A DNA stretch of 64,000 nt, taken from positions 1 to 64,000 of the forward strand of contig JAQBVF010000007.1 of NCBI GenBank assembly GCA_027623675.1. Direction: 5' to 3'. Below, in pieces: positions 1 to 10,657 of this stretch. The translations under genes were made by a program, and so were the position numbers. Under the pieces are notes generated by a model. The model searched no databases. It saw nothing but the letters and a program-made list of their open reading frames with translations, and was not told the origin of the DNA. This stretch comes from Chloroflexota bacterium. GTDB lineage: Bacteria; Chloroflexota; Dehalococcoidia; Lucifugimonadales; UBA3495. The stretch's first letter is position 1, and each line of letters starts with the position of its first letter.

Positions 1-138
1 TAACACGTCCTTACCTTAGACCTCAACTAAGCCCTCTCCTATGCCACTCCGGTTCTTGCAACAGAACCGTCACACATCTGTCGGCAACTGGGGATGTATT
101 TTAGTCCGTGGGTCCAAAAGCGACAATCAAAAATTTAC

Positions 139-167
139 TTGCCTAGCCTGGGTAGAACAAGTAAAAT
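139..167 (+). promoter_or_regulatory. Putative sigma70 promoter overlapped by an 8-bp inverted repeat
   Basis: TTGCCT (139-144), 17 nt, TAAAAT (162-167). TTTACTTG (134-141) and CAAGTAAA (158-165) are reverse complements. Confidence 0.45.
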
Positions 168-226
168 CCGCGATTGACTCCCAATTTTTTATTCTTGGCG
201 AAACGAACGACGGATGTAGGAGAAGC

Positions 227-1018
227 ATGAAGATCGCGCACTTCCGAAGCAATGGCCGCACCGCTTACGGTGTGGTCCAGGGTGACGAGGTGGTGGAGAT
301 CCGCGGCAGCATCTTTACCAGGTTCCGCATGACCGACACCAAGCATCCGCTGTCAGACGTCAAGATCCTTCCTCCCACCGACCCCTCGGAGATCTGGTGC
401 CCTGGTCTGAACTTCGCCAATCATCTGGAATTCGCCGCCGGCGTTCTGGGCGACGAACACCCGTCAGTCCCCACACACCCGGAGCCCTGGATCAAGGCGA
501 GGGGTTCGCTCAATGGGACCGGCGAGCCCATAATCCTGCCCAGTGACTCATCGGGGGACATCCACTATGAGGGAGAGGCCGTGGCGGTCATCGGCAAGGT
601 CTGCCGCCGGGTGAGCCCACAGGATGCCCATAAGTTCGTGCTGGGCTACACCTGCGGAAACGACGTCAGCGACCGCGCCTGGCAGAAGGACGACTGGACG
701 TTCTGGCGGGCCAAGGGCGCCGACACATTTGCTCCGGTGGGCCCGTGGATCGACACCGATGTGGACCCTCAGAAACTGGAGATGATCGTGCGGCTGAACG
801 GAGAAGAGGTCCAGCACGGACGCACCGAAGAGATGCTATTCACCTTCGCCGAGATCATCAGCTACATCAGCCAGCAGGTAACTCTGCGGCCGGGAGACCT
901 GGTGTTCTCCGGCAGCACCGGGGTGACTGTTGCCCTCAAACCGGGAGACGTGGTCGAGGTAGAGATCCCCGGCATCGGAGTCGTGAGCAACCCGGTAGAG
1001 GCCGAAGCGACCACATAG
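227..1018 (+). CDS. Fumarylacetoacetate hydrolase family protein
   Basis: HYEGE, GYTCGNDVSDR and AKGADTFAPVGP motifs. The ATG at 227 follows an AGGAG RBS; the ORF track start at 41 is too long. Confidence 0.9.
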   Translation: MKIAHFRSNGRTAYGVVQGDEVVEIRGSIFTRFRMTDTKHPLSDVKILPPTDPSEIWCPGLNFANHLEFAAGVLGDEHPSVPTHPEPWIKARGSLNGTGEPIILPSDSSGDIHYEGEAVAVIGKVCRRVSPQDAHKFVLGYTCGNDVSDRAWQKDDWTFWRAKGADTFAPVGPWIDTDVDPQKLEMIVRLNGEEVQHGRTEEMLFTFAEIISYISQQVTLRPGDLVFSGSTGVTVALKPGDVVEVEIPGIGVVSNPVEAEATT

Positions 1019-1040
1019 GCGTCCCCAGCCAAGACATGAG

Positions 1041-1319
1041 TCATCCCGGAGTTTCATCGTGTGCAGCACGCTACCGGGCAGATGCCGTCATTTCGACTTT
1101 CGCCGAAATGACGGCCGGGCGGAGCAACCACACTCGCTACCTGTCATTCTCCTCCTTCCGCAGAAGGAGAAGAATCTCTTTGCTTGACTTCAAGGTCGCG
1201 TAACGCGGGACCGGCAGTTGGTCTCCAATCAGCAACGAGATTCCTCTCTTCGCTCGGAATGACAAACTTGGCCGGAATGACAAAGGCGGCGGCATCCACC
1301 CAGCAATCTCAGGGATGAC
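1041..1319. repeat. Cluster of REP-like palindromic elements (GTCATT.../...GAATGACA type)
   Basis: Hairpin GCCGTCATTTCG/CGAAATGACGGC at 1084-1115. TGTCATTCT...GAAGAATCTC (1142-1178) pairs with GAGATTCC...CTCGGAATGACA (1237-1264). Further GGAATGACA and GGGATGAC copies follow. Confidence 0.6.
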
Positions 1320-1343
1320 CGATGTTGCCAACCGAGCGCCGGT

Positions 1344-2606
1344 CTAGAAGTGGAGCATCCCCGTCAGGGCCTTGGTCCCGCCACGGGGACCGACCACCGC
1401 CAGCCGCATCCTCTCGTCTCTCAGGATGTTGTTGGCGACCCTGGCGATATCCGAGGTTGTCACCGCATCCATCAACTCGACCACTTCTTCAGGGGTGTCT
1501 ACCCGGTCTTGCAGAAGCTCCTGGGCGCCCAGCCACGAGGCGACCGACCGGGTGTCTTCCATCCGAAGCAGCATCCGACCCTTGGAATATTCCCTGGCCT
1601 TATTCAACTCCTGCCCGCCGGGTTCCTCGTGCATCCCTTTGAACTCCTGAACGATGCTCTTCACCGCCTCATTGGTCTTCTGGGGCTCGACCCCACAGTA
1701 GACCACCAGAGAGCCGGTGTCCCGGAACGAGCTGGACGAACTATGAACGTCGTAGGCCAGGCCCCGCTCCTCCCGCAGGCTCAAAAAAAGGCGGCTACTC
1801 ATACCGTCGCCCAATATGGTGTTCATCAGGTTAAAGGCATGCCGGTCGGGGTGCGACAACGACAGGCCGGGCACCGCCAAGCACATATGGGTCTGGTCAC
1901 TGCGGCGGCGTTCTACTTTGACCAATGGACTGGTAACGGTATCAGTGGCCGGTTCCCACTCCAATGATTCCTGCGGCTTCCAGTCCTTGGTGGTCTCGGC
2001 CAGCATGTCGACCACTTCTTGGTGTGTCACATTCCCGGCCACCGCCACCACGGTATTGGCGGGGTTGTACTGCTGGTGCATGTACTCGCGGATGTCTTTC
2101 TGCTGGATCTGAGCCACTGTTTCCAGGGTGCCACCCACGTCGCGGCCCATGGCCTGGTCCGGCCACATGGCCTCATCGATCAGCAGGTCCACCAGGTATG
2201 ACGGCTGGTCGTAGGTCATCCGCAGTTCTTCTTGGATGACCTCGCGCTCTTTCTCCACCTCTTCGGGGTCCAGGATGGAATTGAGCACCATGTCCATCAG
2301 CACGGCGAACGCCGTCTTGTAGTGGGGCAGGGCCACCTTGCACCAGAAGACCGTCATCTCCCGGTCGGTGCTGGCGTTCATCACGCCCCCAACACCTTCA
2401 ATGGCCTCGCTCACGGCGCGGGCAGTGGGCCAGCCGGTGGTGCCCTTGAAGGGCAGATGTTCGATGAAGTGGGAGACTCCGGCCAGGTCGTCGGACTCAT
2501 ATCGAGAACCGGCCCCGACGCAGATGACCATGGAGACCGACTGGGTGTGTTCCATGGTTGATGTCAGGACGCGCAGCTTGTTATCCAATACAGAACGTTG
2601 GTACAT
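1344..2606 (-). CDS. M16 (pitrilysin) family zinc peptidase
   Basis: Inverted zinc motif HFIEH; SSRLFLSLREERGLAY C-terminal motif. Confidence 0.92.
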   Translation of the reverse strand: MYQRSVLDNKLRVLTSTMEHTQSVSMVICVGAGSRYESDDLAGVSHFIEHLPFKGTTGWPTARAVSEAIEGVGGVMNASTDREMTVFWCKVALPHYKTAFAVLMDMVLNSILDPEEVEKEREVIQEELRMTYDQPSYLVDLLIDEAMWPDQAMGRDVGGTLETVAQIQQKDIREYMHQQYNPANTVVAVAGNVTHQEVVDMLAETTKDWKPQESLEWEPATDTVTSPLVKVERRRSDQTHMCLAVPGLSLSHPDRHAFNLMNTILGDGMSSRLFLSLREERGLAYDVHSSSSSFRDTGSLVVYCGVEPQKTNEAVKSIVQEFKGMHEEPGGQELNKAREYSKGRMLLRMEDTRSVASWLGAQELLQDRVDTPEEVVELMDAVTTSDIARVANNILRDERMRLAVVGPRGGTKALTGMLHF

Positions 2607-2633
2607 GTACTCCTTGGGTCGTCTGGGTAATGC

Positions 2634-3275
2634 TTAGGTTTTCAGCCAGTCAACGTCTCCGCTCAGGTTGTCGGGGTGGGAACGGGAAGCGAAGTCGGTG
2701 TAGCGGCGGCGGGCCTCGCCGATGGTGGTGTCGTCGCCGTGACCGGGATAGACATTGGTGTCGTCGGAGAGGGGCAGCAACTTGCTGGTGATACTGCCGA
2801 GCAGTTGCTTGAAGGCCTCCGGGCTGCGGGACTTGCCGGGACCGCCGGGGAACAGGGTGTCGCCCGAGAACAGGTGCTTGCCCACCAGGAAGCAGGACGC
2901 GCCGTCGGTGTGACCGGGGGTGTTCAGAACCCGCAGCTCCTGGTTGCCGAACTTGACCACCGTGCCGTCGGTCAGTTCGATATCCGGGTTCCGGGGCAGG
3001 GCATGGGCGTCGGCGGGGGAGATTCCAACCGGCGCATCCACTTTGGCGGTGATCTCGCCAAACCCTGCCAAGTGGTCACCATGGTTGTGGGTGATCAAGA
3101 TGGCCTTGATCTTCTCGTCGCTGATGGCGCCCAGCAGTTTCTCCGGCTCACCGGGGGTGTCGATCAATATGGATTCATTGGTGTCGGGGCAGGTGACCAG
3201 GTAGCCGTTGTTGCCCATCGCGCTCATGTTCGCGACCTTGGTGATCTTCACTTCGCCGTCATAATGCAGTGCCAT
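2634..3275 (-). CDS. MBL-fold metallo-hydrolase (glyoxalase II-like)
   Basis: THNHGDH, TPGHT, FSGDTLF and YPGHG motifs. Confidence 0.9.
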   Translation of the reverse strand: MALHYDGEVKITKVANMSAMGNNGYLVTCPDTNESILIDTPGEPEKLLGAISDEKIKAILITHNHGDHLAGFGEITAKVDAPVGISPADAHALPRNPDIELTDGTVVKFGNQELRVLNTPGHTDGASCFLVGKHLFSGDTLFPGGPGKSRSPEAFKQLLGSITSKLLPLSDDTNVYPGHGDDTTIGEARRRYTDFASRSHPDNLSGDVDWLKT

Positions 3276-3333
3276 ATCGCTTCTCCCAGTGGTTGTTTTG
3301 AGTCGATCGAATCCGGTTGGTAATTCTACCAGG

Positions 3334-6333
3334 CTAATCGCCGGCGGCGGCGGCCGGTTCTTTCGCCTTTGATCTACCTGCCGTTTTTCCTTCGTTCTTG
3401 TCCGTAGGTTTCGCGGTTTTACGGGCCGCCGCCTTGGGCTTGGAGAGGTTCACGCTGGGGCGTTTCCCCTGGAGCAGCGGCTTGAGGTACCTGCCGGTGA
3501 GCGACTTCGAGTTCGCGGCCAACTGCTCGGGGGTGCCGGTGGCGATGAGCCTGCCGCCCTTGTCGCCCGCGCCAGGTCCCAGGTCGATCACCCAGTCGGA
3601 ATTCTTGATGACATCCAGGTTGTGCTCGATGAGGATCACCGTGTTGCCGGTGTCAACCAGCCGGTGCAGCACCCCCAATAGAGCGTCGCAGTCGGAGAAC
3701 GACAGGCCGGTGGTTGGCTCGTCCAGCAGATACACGGTCTTGCCGGTGGCGCGGCGGGAGAGTTCGGTTGCCAGCTTGACCCGCTGGGCCTCGCCGCCGG
3801 AGAGGGTGGTGGCCGGCTGTCCCAAGCGGATGTAGCCAAGGCCCACATCCCGCAAAGTCTCCAACTTGGGCTTGATGCGCGGGAAATTGATGAAGAACTC
3901 CAGCGCCTGGGCCACGGTCATGTTCAGAACGTCGGCGATGCTCTTCTCTCGCAGCGTCACCTCCAGCGCCTCCCGGTTGTAACGGGCGCCCTGGCAGATC
4001 TCACAGGGAACCGTGACATCGGGCAGGAACTGCATCTCGATCTGGTTGTAGCCCTCGCCCTGGCAGGCCTCGCAGCGCCCGCCCTTGACGTTGAACGAGA
4101 ACCGGCCCGGCGCATAGCCGCGCACCCTGGCCTCGGGCAAACTGGCGAACAGGTCACGGATCGGCGTGAAGGCCCCGGTGTAGGTGGCCGGGTTGCTGCG
4201 GGGTGTCCGGCCGATGGGGGATTGGTCGATGTTCACGACCTTGTCCACGCCCTCGATGCCAAGGACTTCCTTGTGTGCGCCAGGGATATCCCGGCCCTTG
4301 TTGATCACCTGGTTCAGCTTCTTATACAAAACCTCGTAGACCAGGCTGCTCTTGCCGGAACCGGACACACCGGTGATGGATACCAAGCATCCCAATGGGA
4401 AGCCCACGTCCACGTTTTTCAGGTTGTTCTCGGAGGCGCCCTTGACCACCAACTCGCCGCCGGTCCCCTCACGCCGGGTCTTGGGGAACGGCACCACCTT
4501 GCGGCCGCTGAGGTAGGCGCCGGTCAACGACTCTTCCGAGGCCTCGATCTCGGCGACGGTGCCGGTGGCGACCACGTAGCCCCCATGCTCGCCGGCGCCG
4601 GGGCCAAGGTCGGCGATGAAATCGGCCGAACGCATCATGGCCTCGTCGTGTTCCACCACCACCACGGTGTTCCCCATCTCCTTAAGATGGAGCAGGGTGT
4701 CGATGAGGCGTTGGTCGTCGTGGGGGTGCAGCCCCACCGTGGGCTCGTCGCACACGTATAGCACCCCGGTCAGGCCGGAACCGATCTGGGTGGCCAGGCG
4801 CACCCGTTGGGCCTCGCCTCCGGACAGGGTGCGGGCGGTGCGGTCCATGGTGATATAGTCCAGCCCGATGCCTTCCAGGAAATTGACCCGCCCCTCGATC
4901 TCCTTCAAGACCTGATTGGCGATTGTCTTTTCCCTGGCGGTGAGGACGTTTTTCTTGTGAGGACCGGGCGCGTCGGGGTCGATCTCCCGGATCCACTCGG
5001 ACGCCTGGCCGATGTTCTTGCTGCAGACGTCCATGATCCCCAGACCGCAGACCTTCACCGCCAGCGCCTCAGGCCGCAGCCGCTTGCCGTCGCAGGACGG
5101 ACAGGGACGGGCGGACATGTATCGTTCGATCTGGGTGCGCATGTAGTCGGACTCGGTCCGCTTGTACCGCCGCTCCAGATTGGGAATCACACCCTCGAAG
5201 CTGGTGTCCCACGAATAGGTCTTGCCCCGGCCGGTCCGGTGGCGAACGGTCACCTTGGTATCGGCATTCCCGTAGAGGATCAGGTCAATATGCTTCCGGT
5301 CCAAGTCTTTGACCGGGGTGGTGGCGGAGAATCCGTTGGCCTGGGCCACGGACTCCATCAGGCTGATGTACCAACTGCTGGAGGGACCGCCACGGGTCCA
5401 CGGTGTGATGGCGCCCTGGGACAGCGAAAGCTCTTTGTTCGAGATGATCAGGTCCGGATCAAGGGAAAGCTTGTAACCGAGCCCGGTGCAATCGGAGCAG
5501 GCGCCGTGGGGGCTGTTGAAGCTGAAGGTGCGAGGCTCAATCTCCGGCAGGCTGGTACTGCACTTGGCGCAGGCGAACTGCTCGGAAAACACCAGGGTTT
5601 CGCCGCCTTCCACATGGGCTTCCACCACACCCTCGCCTTCGCGGAGGGCGGTCTCGACGGATTCAGAAACCCGGTTGATCTCGGTGTCGGGCCGAACGAT
5701 CAGGCGGTCGACGACAAGCTCGATGTAGTGCCATTTCTTCTTGTCTAGGTTCAGGTCGGCCATCTCTTCCAGCATGAGAATCTCACCGTTGACCCTGACG
5801 CGGACGAACCCGGAGCGGCGGGCGGCTTCGAAGACCTCTCGGTGCTCACCCTTCTTGCGGCGAATCTTGGGCGCCATCAGGGTTATCCGGCTGCCCTCTT
5901 CCAGGCTCATGATGGAGTCGACGATCTGGGAGATGGTTTGCCGCTCCACGGGGCGGCCGCATTTTGGACAATGGGGCAGGCCCACTCTGGCGAAGAGCAA
6001 GCGCAGATAGTCGTAGATCTCCGTGACCGTGCCGACGGTGGACCGGGGATTGTGTGAGACGCCCTTCTGGTCGATGGATATGGCCGGCGAAAGACCCTCG
6101 ATGTAATCGACGTCGGGTTTGTCCATCCGGCCCAAGAATTGCCGGGCGTAGGCCGAAAGGGACTCAACGTAACGCCTCTGGCCCTCCGCGTAGATGGTGT
6201 CGAAGGCCAGGGAACTCTTGCCGGAACCGGAGACTCCGGTAATGACCACCAGCTTGTCTCTGGGGATGGTGATCTCTACATTCTTGAGGTTGTGTTCGCG
6301 AGCGCCTTTTACGTGGATAAAATCCTGGGGCAT
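3334..6333 (-). CDS. uvrA: Excinuclease ABC subunit A
   Basis: Two Walker A motifs ([10 protein letters not shown]), two LSGGEAQR signatures and zinc-finger CxxC pairs; 999 aa. Confidence 0.98.
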   Translation of the reverse strand: MPQDFIHVKGAREHNLKNVEITIPRDKLVVITGVSGSGKSSLAFDTIYAEGQRRYVESLSAYARQFLGRMDKPDVDYIEGLSPAISIDQKGVSHNPRSTVGTVTEIYDYLRLLFARVGLPHCPKCGRPVERQTISQIVDSIMSLEEGSRITLMAPKIRRKKGEHREVFEAARRSGFVRVRVNGEILMLEEMADLNLDKKKWHYIELVVDRLIVRPDTEINRVSESVETALREGEGVVEAHVEGGETLVFSEQFACAKCSTSLPEIEPRTFSFNSPHGACSDCTGLGYKLSLDPDLIISNKELSLSQGAITPWTRGGPSSSWYISLMESVAQANGFSATTPVKDLDRKHIDLILYGNADTKVTVRHRTGRGKTYSWDTSFEGVIPNLERRYKRTESDYMRTQIERYMSARPCPSCDGKRLRPEALAVKVCGLGIMDVCSKNIGQASEWIREIDPDAPGPHKKNVLTAREKTIANQVLKEIEGRVNFLEGIGLDYITMDRTARTLSGGEAQRVRLATQIGSGLTGVLYVCDEPTVGLHPHDDQRLIDTLLHLKEMGNTVVVVEHDEAMMRSADFIADLGPGAGEHGGYVVATGTVAEIEASEESLTGAYLSGRKVVPFPKTRREGTGGELVVKGASENNLKNVDVGFPLGCLVSITGVSGSGKSSLVYEVLYKKLNQVINKGRDIPGAHKEVLGIEGVDKVVNIDQSPIGRTPRSNPATYTGAFTPIRDLFASLPEARVRGYAPGRFSFNVKGGRCEACQGEGYNQIEMQFLPDVTVPCEICQGARYNREALEVTLREKSIADVLNMTVAQALEFFINFPRIKPKLETLRDVGLGYIRLGQPATTLSGGEAQRVKLATELSRRATGKTVYLLDEPTTGLSFSDCDALLGVLHRLVDTGNTVILIEHNLDVIKNSDWVIDLGPGAGDKGGRLIATGTPEQLAANSKSLTGRYLKPLLQGKRPSVNLSKPKAAARKTAKPTDKNEGKTAGRSKAKEPAAAAGD

Positions 6334-6486
6334 ACAGCTCCACCCTCACCCAATATCGACCCACATTGTACCATCGTTATGACAATCGACGGCTTTTCGC
6401 TGGGCTTGGGCGGCGCGGTAAGATATATGTGCAGAAATAAGCAATTTGCGCAGAAATAGTATATTTATGCATCATCAGACAAGAAT

Positions 6487-6999
6487 ATGACTCAGCAAGA
6501 CGGCCAGCAATACTTGGACGCCATCCGCGATCGGCGACGGCTCCTTGAGGCCATCCCCCTAGACCCGGCGACCGGTTATCTTGATCTGAGCGAACGGACC
6601 GGCCTATCGGGTGCGGCCTTGGACGGCGCTTTGGCTGATTTGGAGGCCCTAGGCCTCATCGCATCCAAGAAAACCGTCGACCAGGTCTATTATTGGCCGG
6701 TCTCAACTGAACGTGAGAAAGCATGGTACTCCGTGGTGGAAGCCGCTAATTATCTGTCGGTTTCAAAACGCACGGTCCAGCAATTGATCCGTGACGGAGA
6801 GATGATCGCCTACAGGGTTGGACGTGGCGGCCATCATCGCATCCGAAAGGCCGATCTGGACTCGCCGATGCATATTGAACCCCATATTGAATCCCACAGG
6901 GAACCCCACGGAAAAATAGCGGAGATGGGCGACGCCGAGGACCTGGTTTTGAACGAATTATGGGACAACGAGCGGGATGCTGAGTACGATCAAATCTGA
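6487..6999 (+). CDS. Putative antitoxin: winged HTH, excisionase-type HTH and acidic C-terminal tail
   Basis: WYSVVEAANYLSVSKRTVQQLIRDG is an excisionase/HTH_17 pattern. The protein ends in LWDNERDAEYDQI and overlaps a PemK/MazF-like gene. Confidence 0.6.
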   Translation: MTQQDGQQYLDAIRDRRRLLEAIPLDPATGYLDLSERTGLSGAALDGALADLEALGLIASKKTVDQVYYWPVSTEREKAWYSVVEAANYLSVSKRTVQQLIRDGEMIAYRVGRGGHHRIRKADLDSPMHIEPHIESHREPHGKIAEMGDAEDLVLNELWDNERDAEYDQI

Positions 7000-7342
7000 C
7001 GGCGGTTACCGCCGTGGCGATATCGTATTGGTCAATTTCGTCTTTGCTGAGGAGACCGGCCGAAAACGCAGGCCTGTCTTGCTGCTTAGTTCGGAAGAAT
7101 ACATGGTAGGGCGGCAGGAAGTTGTGGTTTCGGCCATCACCAGCAACACCCGCCGGATGCTGGTCGGCGATCACCTGATGGTCGATTGGGAAGACTCGGG
7201 GCTCTTGTTCCCTTCGGTAGTCACCGGTATCATCCGAACGATCTAACAAGACATGATTGACCGCAAGATGGGTGTGGTCTCCTCAAGAGACCTCACTGAA
7301 GTCTAATCCAAGCTATCCCAGATACTGGAGCTAGCGAATTAA
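6977..7342 (+). pseudogene. PemK/MazF-family toxin with two in-frame TAA stops
   Basis: RGDIVLVNF...KRRPVLLLS...AITS motif. The frame continues past TAA 7244-7246 (QDMIDRKMGVVSSRDLTEV) and TAA 7304-7306 (SKLSQILELAN) to TAA 7340-7342. Confidence 0.8.
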
Positions 7343-7345
7343 GCG

Positions 7346-8141
7346 ATGAGCCGTGACCTATTCGGTACTGCCAAGGCGTTCATCGGCGTAGTCCATCTGA
7401 TGCCCCTTCCCGGCTCACCACGGTGGGGCGGCGACATGCCCAGGGTCTTAGCCAGGGCTGAGGAAGAAGCCGGGATATTGGAGCAGGGCGGAGTTGACGG
7501 TATCATCGTGGAGAATTTCGGCGATGTGCCCTTCCGCACCGGGCGGGTCGACCCCGAGACCGTCGCCGGGATGACCGTGGCGGTGGAAAGGGCAGGCGGT
7601 GGTCAAGGTTCCAGTGGGTATCAACATGCTGCGGAACGACGCCCTGTCCGCGCTGGGCATCGCCGCCGTCACCGGGTCCAAGTTCATCAGGGTCAACGTC
7701 CATTACGGCGTGATGGCGGCTGAAGAGGGCCTGATCGAGGGTGAAGCCTTCCAGGCCATGCGGCGCCGTCAGGCTTTGGGCGCCGACGTCAAGGTCCTTG
7801 CCGACGTATTGGTCAAGCACGCGGTGCCCCTCGGCGAGGTTGACCTGGGTCTTATCGCCCGAGAAACGGCCCAGCGCGGGTTGGCCGATGGCCTGATCGT
7901 GTCCGGCGCCGCCACGGGTGAAGAGACGGCCAGCATCGATGTCTCGGTGGTACGCCGGGCCAACCCCGACGTTCTGGTGCTTGTTGGCAGCGGCGTTACC
8001 GAGAAGAACATCCGGCGGGTCATCGAGCACTCGGACGGCGCAATCATCGGCACCAGCCTGAAAGAGGATGGAATCATCACCAACAGGGTCGATCCGCGGA
8101 AAGTACAGCGGATGAAGGAAATATTCCTCAGCCTGCTCTAA
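7346..8141 (+). pseudogene. BtpA/SgcQ family protein, frameshifted near 7590
   Basis: The N-part (IGVVHLMPLPGSP, IVENFGDVPF) is in the 7346 frame and the C-part (GINMLRND, LADVLVKHA, VGSGVT) is in the 7599 frame. Confidence 0.8.
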
Positions 8142-8280
8142 CCCCTGGATTCAATCGCAAGAATGGCAAGCCGCTCAGAACAGACCTTTTGTTTGTTCTC
8201 CCACCAACTTTGCGTGAGGATCAAGGCTGGGGAAATGGACCATTCTTTGCTTCTGTTGGACGGCGATTGGTAGACGGCGA

Positions 8281-9651
8281 TTAGGCCACGATCTCTTTGG
8301 ACACTTGGCCGAACACTTTGTCCAGGATGCCTACTAGGTCGTCGACCTCGCCGCGGGTGATGCAGAGCGGAGGGGCGATGTTCATGCGGTCGGCGCCTCT
8401 CAGCAGCAATCCATTCTGGGCGAAGCCCTGGCCCAGGCGGTTGGCCAGATCGGCCTCGGCGGGGAAGTATTCCTTGGTGTCCCGGTCGGCGACGATCTCG
8501 ATGCCGCAGAACAGGCCCAGACCGCGGACATCGCCGATGATCTGGTATTTCTCCTTCATCTCATTCAGGCCGTCCAGCAGGTAGCCGCCCATGCGGGCCG
8601 AGTTTTCCACCATGCCCTCGTTCTCCATGATCTCGATGTTCTTGAGGGAGGCGGCCGCAGCCACGGGGTGGCCGCCAAACGTGATGACGTGTTTGAAAGC
8701 AGCCTTCTCACTACCGATGAAGGCGTCAGAGATTACGCCCCGGGTGATGGCTGCGCCCATGGGGATGTAGCCGCTGGTGATTCCTTTGGCCACAGTCATG
8801 ATGTCGGGCACCACGCCCCAATGCTCGGTGGCGAACATCCTGCCGGTGCGGCCAAACCCCGTGATCACCTCGTCGGCGATGAGCAGGCAGCCGTAACGGT
8901 CGCAGATCTCCCGCAGCCGGGGCCAGTAATTATCCCCTGGCACCACGCAGCCCAAGGGACTGGATATGGGCTCGGCCACCACGGCGGCGATGGTGTCTGG
9001 GTCATTGAACTTGATGCATTCCTCAACAGCGTCGGCGCATAGGTCGGCGCATTCCTCCGGGGTCTGCCCGCCGTACTCGCAGCGGTAGGGCAGGGGTTGG
9101 GGGACGTGGAAGACGCCGGGCATCAGCGGTTCGTAATCGATCTTGGGGTAGAGATGGGAGCCGCCCAAGGCCAGCGCCCCCATGGTCGCTCCATGATAGG
9201 AGCCTTTGCGGCTGATGAACCTGGTCCGGTTGGGCTCTCCCACCCGCTTGAAATAGGCGCGGCTAAGCTTGATGGCGGTCTCGACAGACTCGGAACCGCC
9301 GCTGGTGAAGAAGGACCGGCTCATGTCGCCAGGAGCGATCTGAGAGATCTTATCGGCCAGACGGATGGCCGGTTCGGTGGTGGTGCCAAGGGGCATGTAG
9401 GTCAGCTTCAGCATCTGCTCGTAGGCGGCGTCGGCGATCTCGGTCCGGCCGTAGCCCACGTTCTTTAGCCACAGGCCCGACATGCCATCGATGGAGGTGT
9501 TGCCCAGGGCATCGGTAACGTGCACACCCTTGCCGCTGACAAAGATCGAGGGCTCGCCCCTTTCCGCCATGTCCGACGGCTCCCGCAGATACACCCAAAG
9601 GTGCTCAAGCGCTGACTCTTGCAGGCTCTTTACTTCTTGGGGCGATGTCAT
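8281..9651 (-). CDS. Class III PLP-dependent aminotransferase
   Basis: [22 protein letters not shown] and [10 protein letters not shown] motifs. Confidence 0.93.
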   Translation of the reverse strand: MTSPQEVKSLQESALEHLWVYLREPSDMAERGEPSIFVSGKGVHVTDALGNTSIDGMSGLWLKNVGYGRTEIADAAYEQMLKLTYMPLGTTTEPAIRLADKISQIAPGDMSRSFFTSGGSESVETAIKLSRAYFKRVGEPNRTRFISRKGSYHGATMGALALGGSHLYPKIDYEPLMPGVFHVPQPLPYRCEYGGQTPEECADLCADAVEECIKFNDPDTIAAVVAEPISSPLGCVVPGDNYWPRLREICDRYGCLLIADEVITGFGRTGRMFATEHWGVVPDIMTVAKGITSGYIPMGAAITRGVISDAFIGSEKAAFKHVITFGGHPVAAAASLKNIEIMENEGMVENSARMGGYLLDGLNEMKEKYQIIGDVRGLGLFCGIEIVADRDTKEYFPAEADLANRLGQGFAQNGLLLRGADRMNIAPPLCITRGEVDDLVGILDKVFGQVSKEIVA

Positions 9652-9688
9652 CGGATGCTCCTTACTGATCTGGCGGCGTCTGGCCGGC

Positions 9689-9740
9689 GGCTACCGGTCC
9701 TGGCTATCGGTCTTGGCTATCGGTCTTGGCTATCGGTCTT
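9689..9740. repeat. 13-bp tandem repeat x4 (GGCTATCGGTCTT) overlapping the LLM stop codon
   Basis: GGCTACCGGTCCT followed by three exact GGCTATCGGTCTT copies. Confidence 0.85.
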
Positions 9741-10617
9741 GGATAGAAGGGATCACGACCTCGGCCAGCATCTCCATCACCGGGACAAGCTGCCCTGGGT
9801 CGCGGGTGTTGGCCGAGACGAGCAGGCGCTCAACCCCCATCTCCTGGTATAGATGGGCCCTTTCCAGTATCTCCTCCGGGTCTTCCCCCAGTGAATAGCG
9901 GTTGTGGTTATGGGTGTTGCCGATGGCGGCGCTGACCGACACGGCGATCTCTGACGGGTCGCGGCCGGCAACCTCTGCCTGCTCTTTCAGGTATTCCATG
10001 CCCTGGGCCAGGACCTCCGGAGACAGGGCGGTTGGGTGCCACGCCGTTCCGGACCTGGCCGCGCGCCGGATGGCCGCCCGGCTGGTGCCGCCGATGCAGA
10101 TCGGTATGTGCGGCTTCTGGACCGGCTTGGGGGTGAATTTCATTCCTGAGAAGCTGTGGTACTTTCCCTGGTAGCTGGGGTCGGGGTTGGTCCACAACTC
10201 TTTCATGATGGCGATGGATTCGTCGGTGATGGCACCCCGTTCGGCGTGAGGGCTGCCCATCGCTTCCAGCTCTTCTTCGATGACGCCGACGCCCACCCCC
10301 AGCATCAGACGGCCGCCCGACAGAACATCCAGCGTTGCTGCTCTCTTGGCCAGGCGAATGGGGTTGTGATAGGGCAGGACCAACACGCTGGTGCCCAAGC
10401 GGATGGTCTTGGTGAGGGCTGCCACGTAGGTCAGGATGGTCAGCGGTTCGTAGTATGGCTTGTCGCCGATGCGGTCGTAGACGTAGCTCACATTGAAGAC
10501 GTGCTCGCTGGCCCAGACGGACTCAAATCCCAGTTCTTCAGCGCGGACGGCCAGTTGCACCACGCCTTGGACATCTTCAATGCCTTGGTTATTGGACAAC
10601 GAGTAAGCGATCTTCAA
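9730..10617 (-). CDS. LLM class F420-dependent oxidoreductase
   Basis: GFESVWASEH, LGTSVLVLPYHNPI, SGGRLMLGVGVG and PKPVQKPH motifs; TTG start. Confidence 0.9.
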   Translation of the reverse strand: MKIAYSLSNNQGIEDVQGVVQLAVRAEELGFESVWASEHVFNVSYVYDRIGDKPYYEPLTILTYVAALTKTIRLGTSVLVLPYHNPIRLAKRAATLDVLSGGRLMLGVGVGVIEEELEAMGSPHAERGAITDESIAIMKELWTNPDPSYQGKYHSFSGMKFTPKPVQKPHIPICIGGTSRAAIRRAARSGTAWHPTALSPEVLAQGMEYLKEQAEVAGRDPSEIAVSVSAAIGNTHNHNRYSLGEDPEEILERAHLYQEMGVERLLVSANTRDPGQLVPVMEMLAEVVIPSIQDR

Positions 10618-10657
10618 CCGGGGTCTCCTGATATTGATTTTGACCGCCGGTGGGTTT

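Noticed and set aside
1..40. Start of a minus-strand gene running off the left edge (AGGAGAGG RBS and TTG)
   Set aside because: Only about 8 codons are visible, too few to support a call.
6334..6486. LexA box upstream of uvrA
   Set aside because: No GAAC-N4-GTTC or CTGT-N8-ACAG match is visible.
7244..7306. Stop-codon recoding in the MazF-like gene
   Set aside because: The stops are TAA rather than TGA or TAG, and TAA ends many normal genes in this window. Simple nonsense mutations are more likely.
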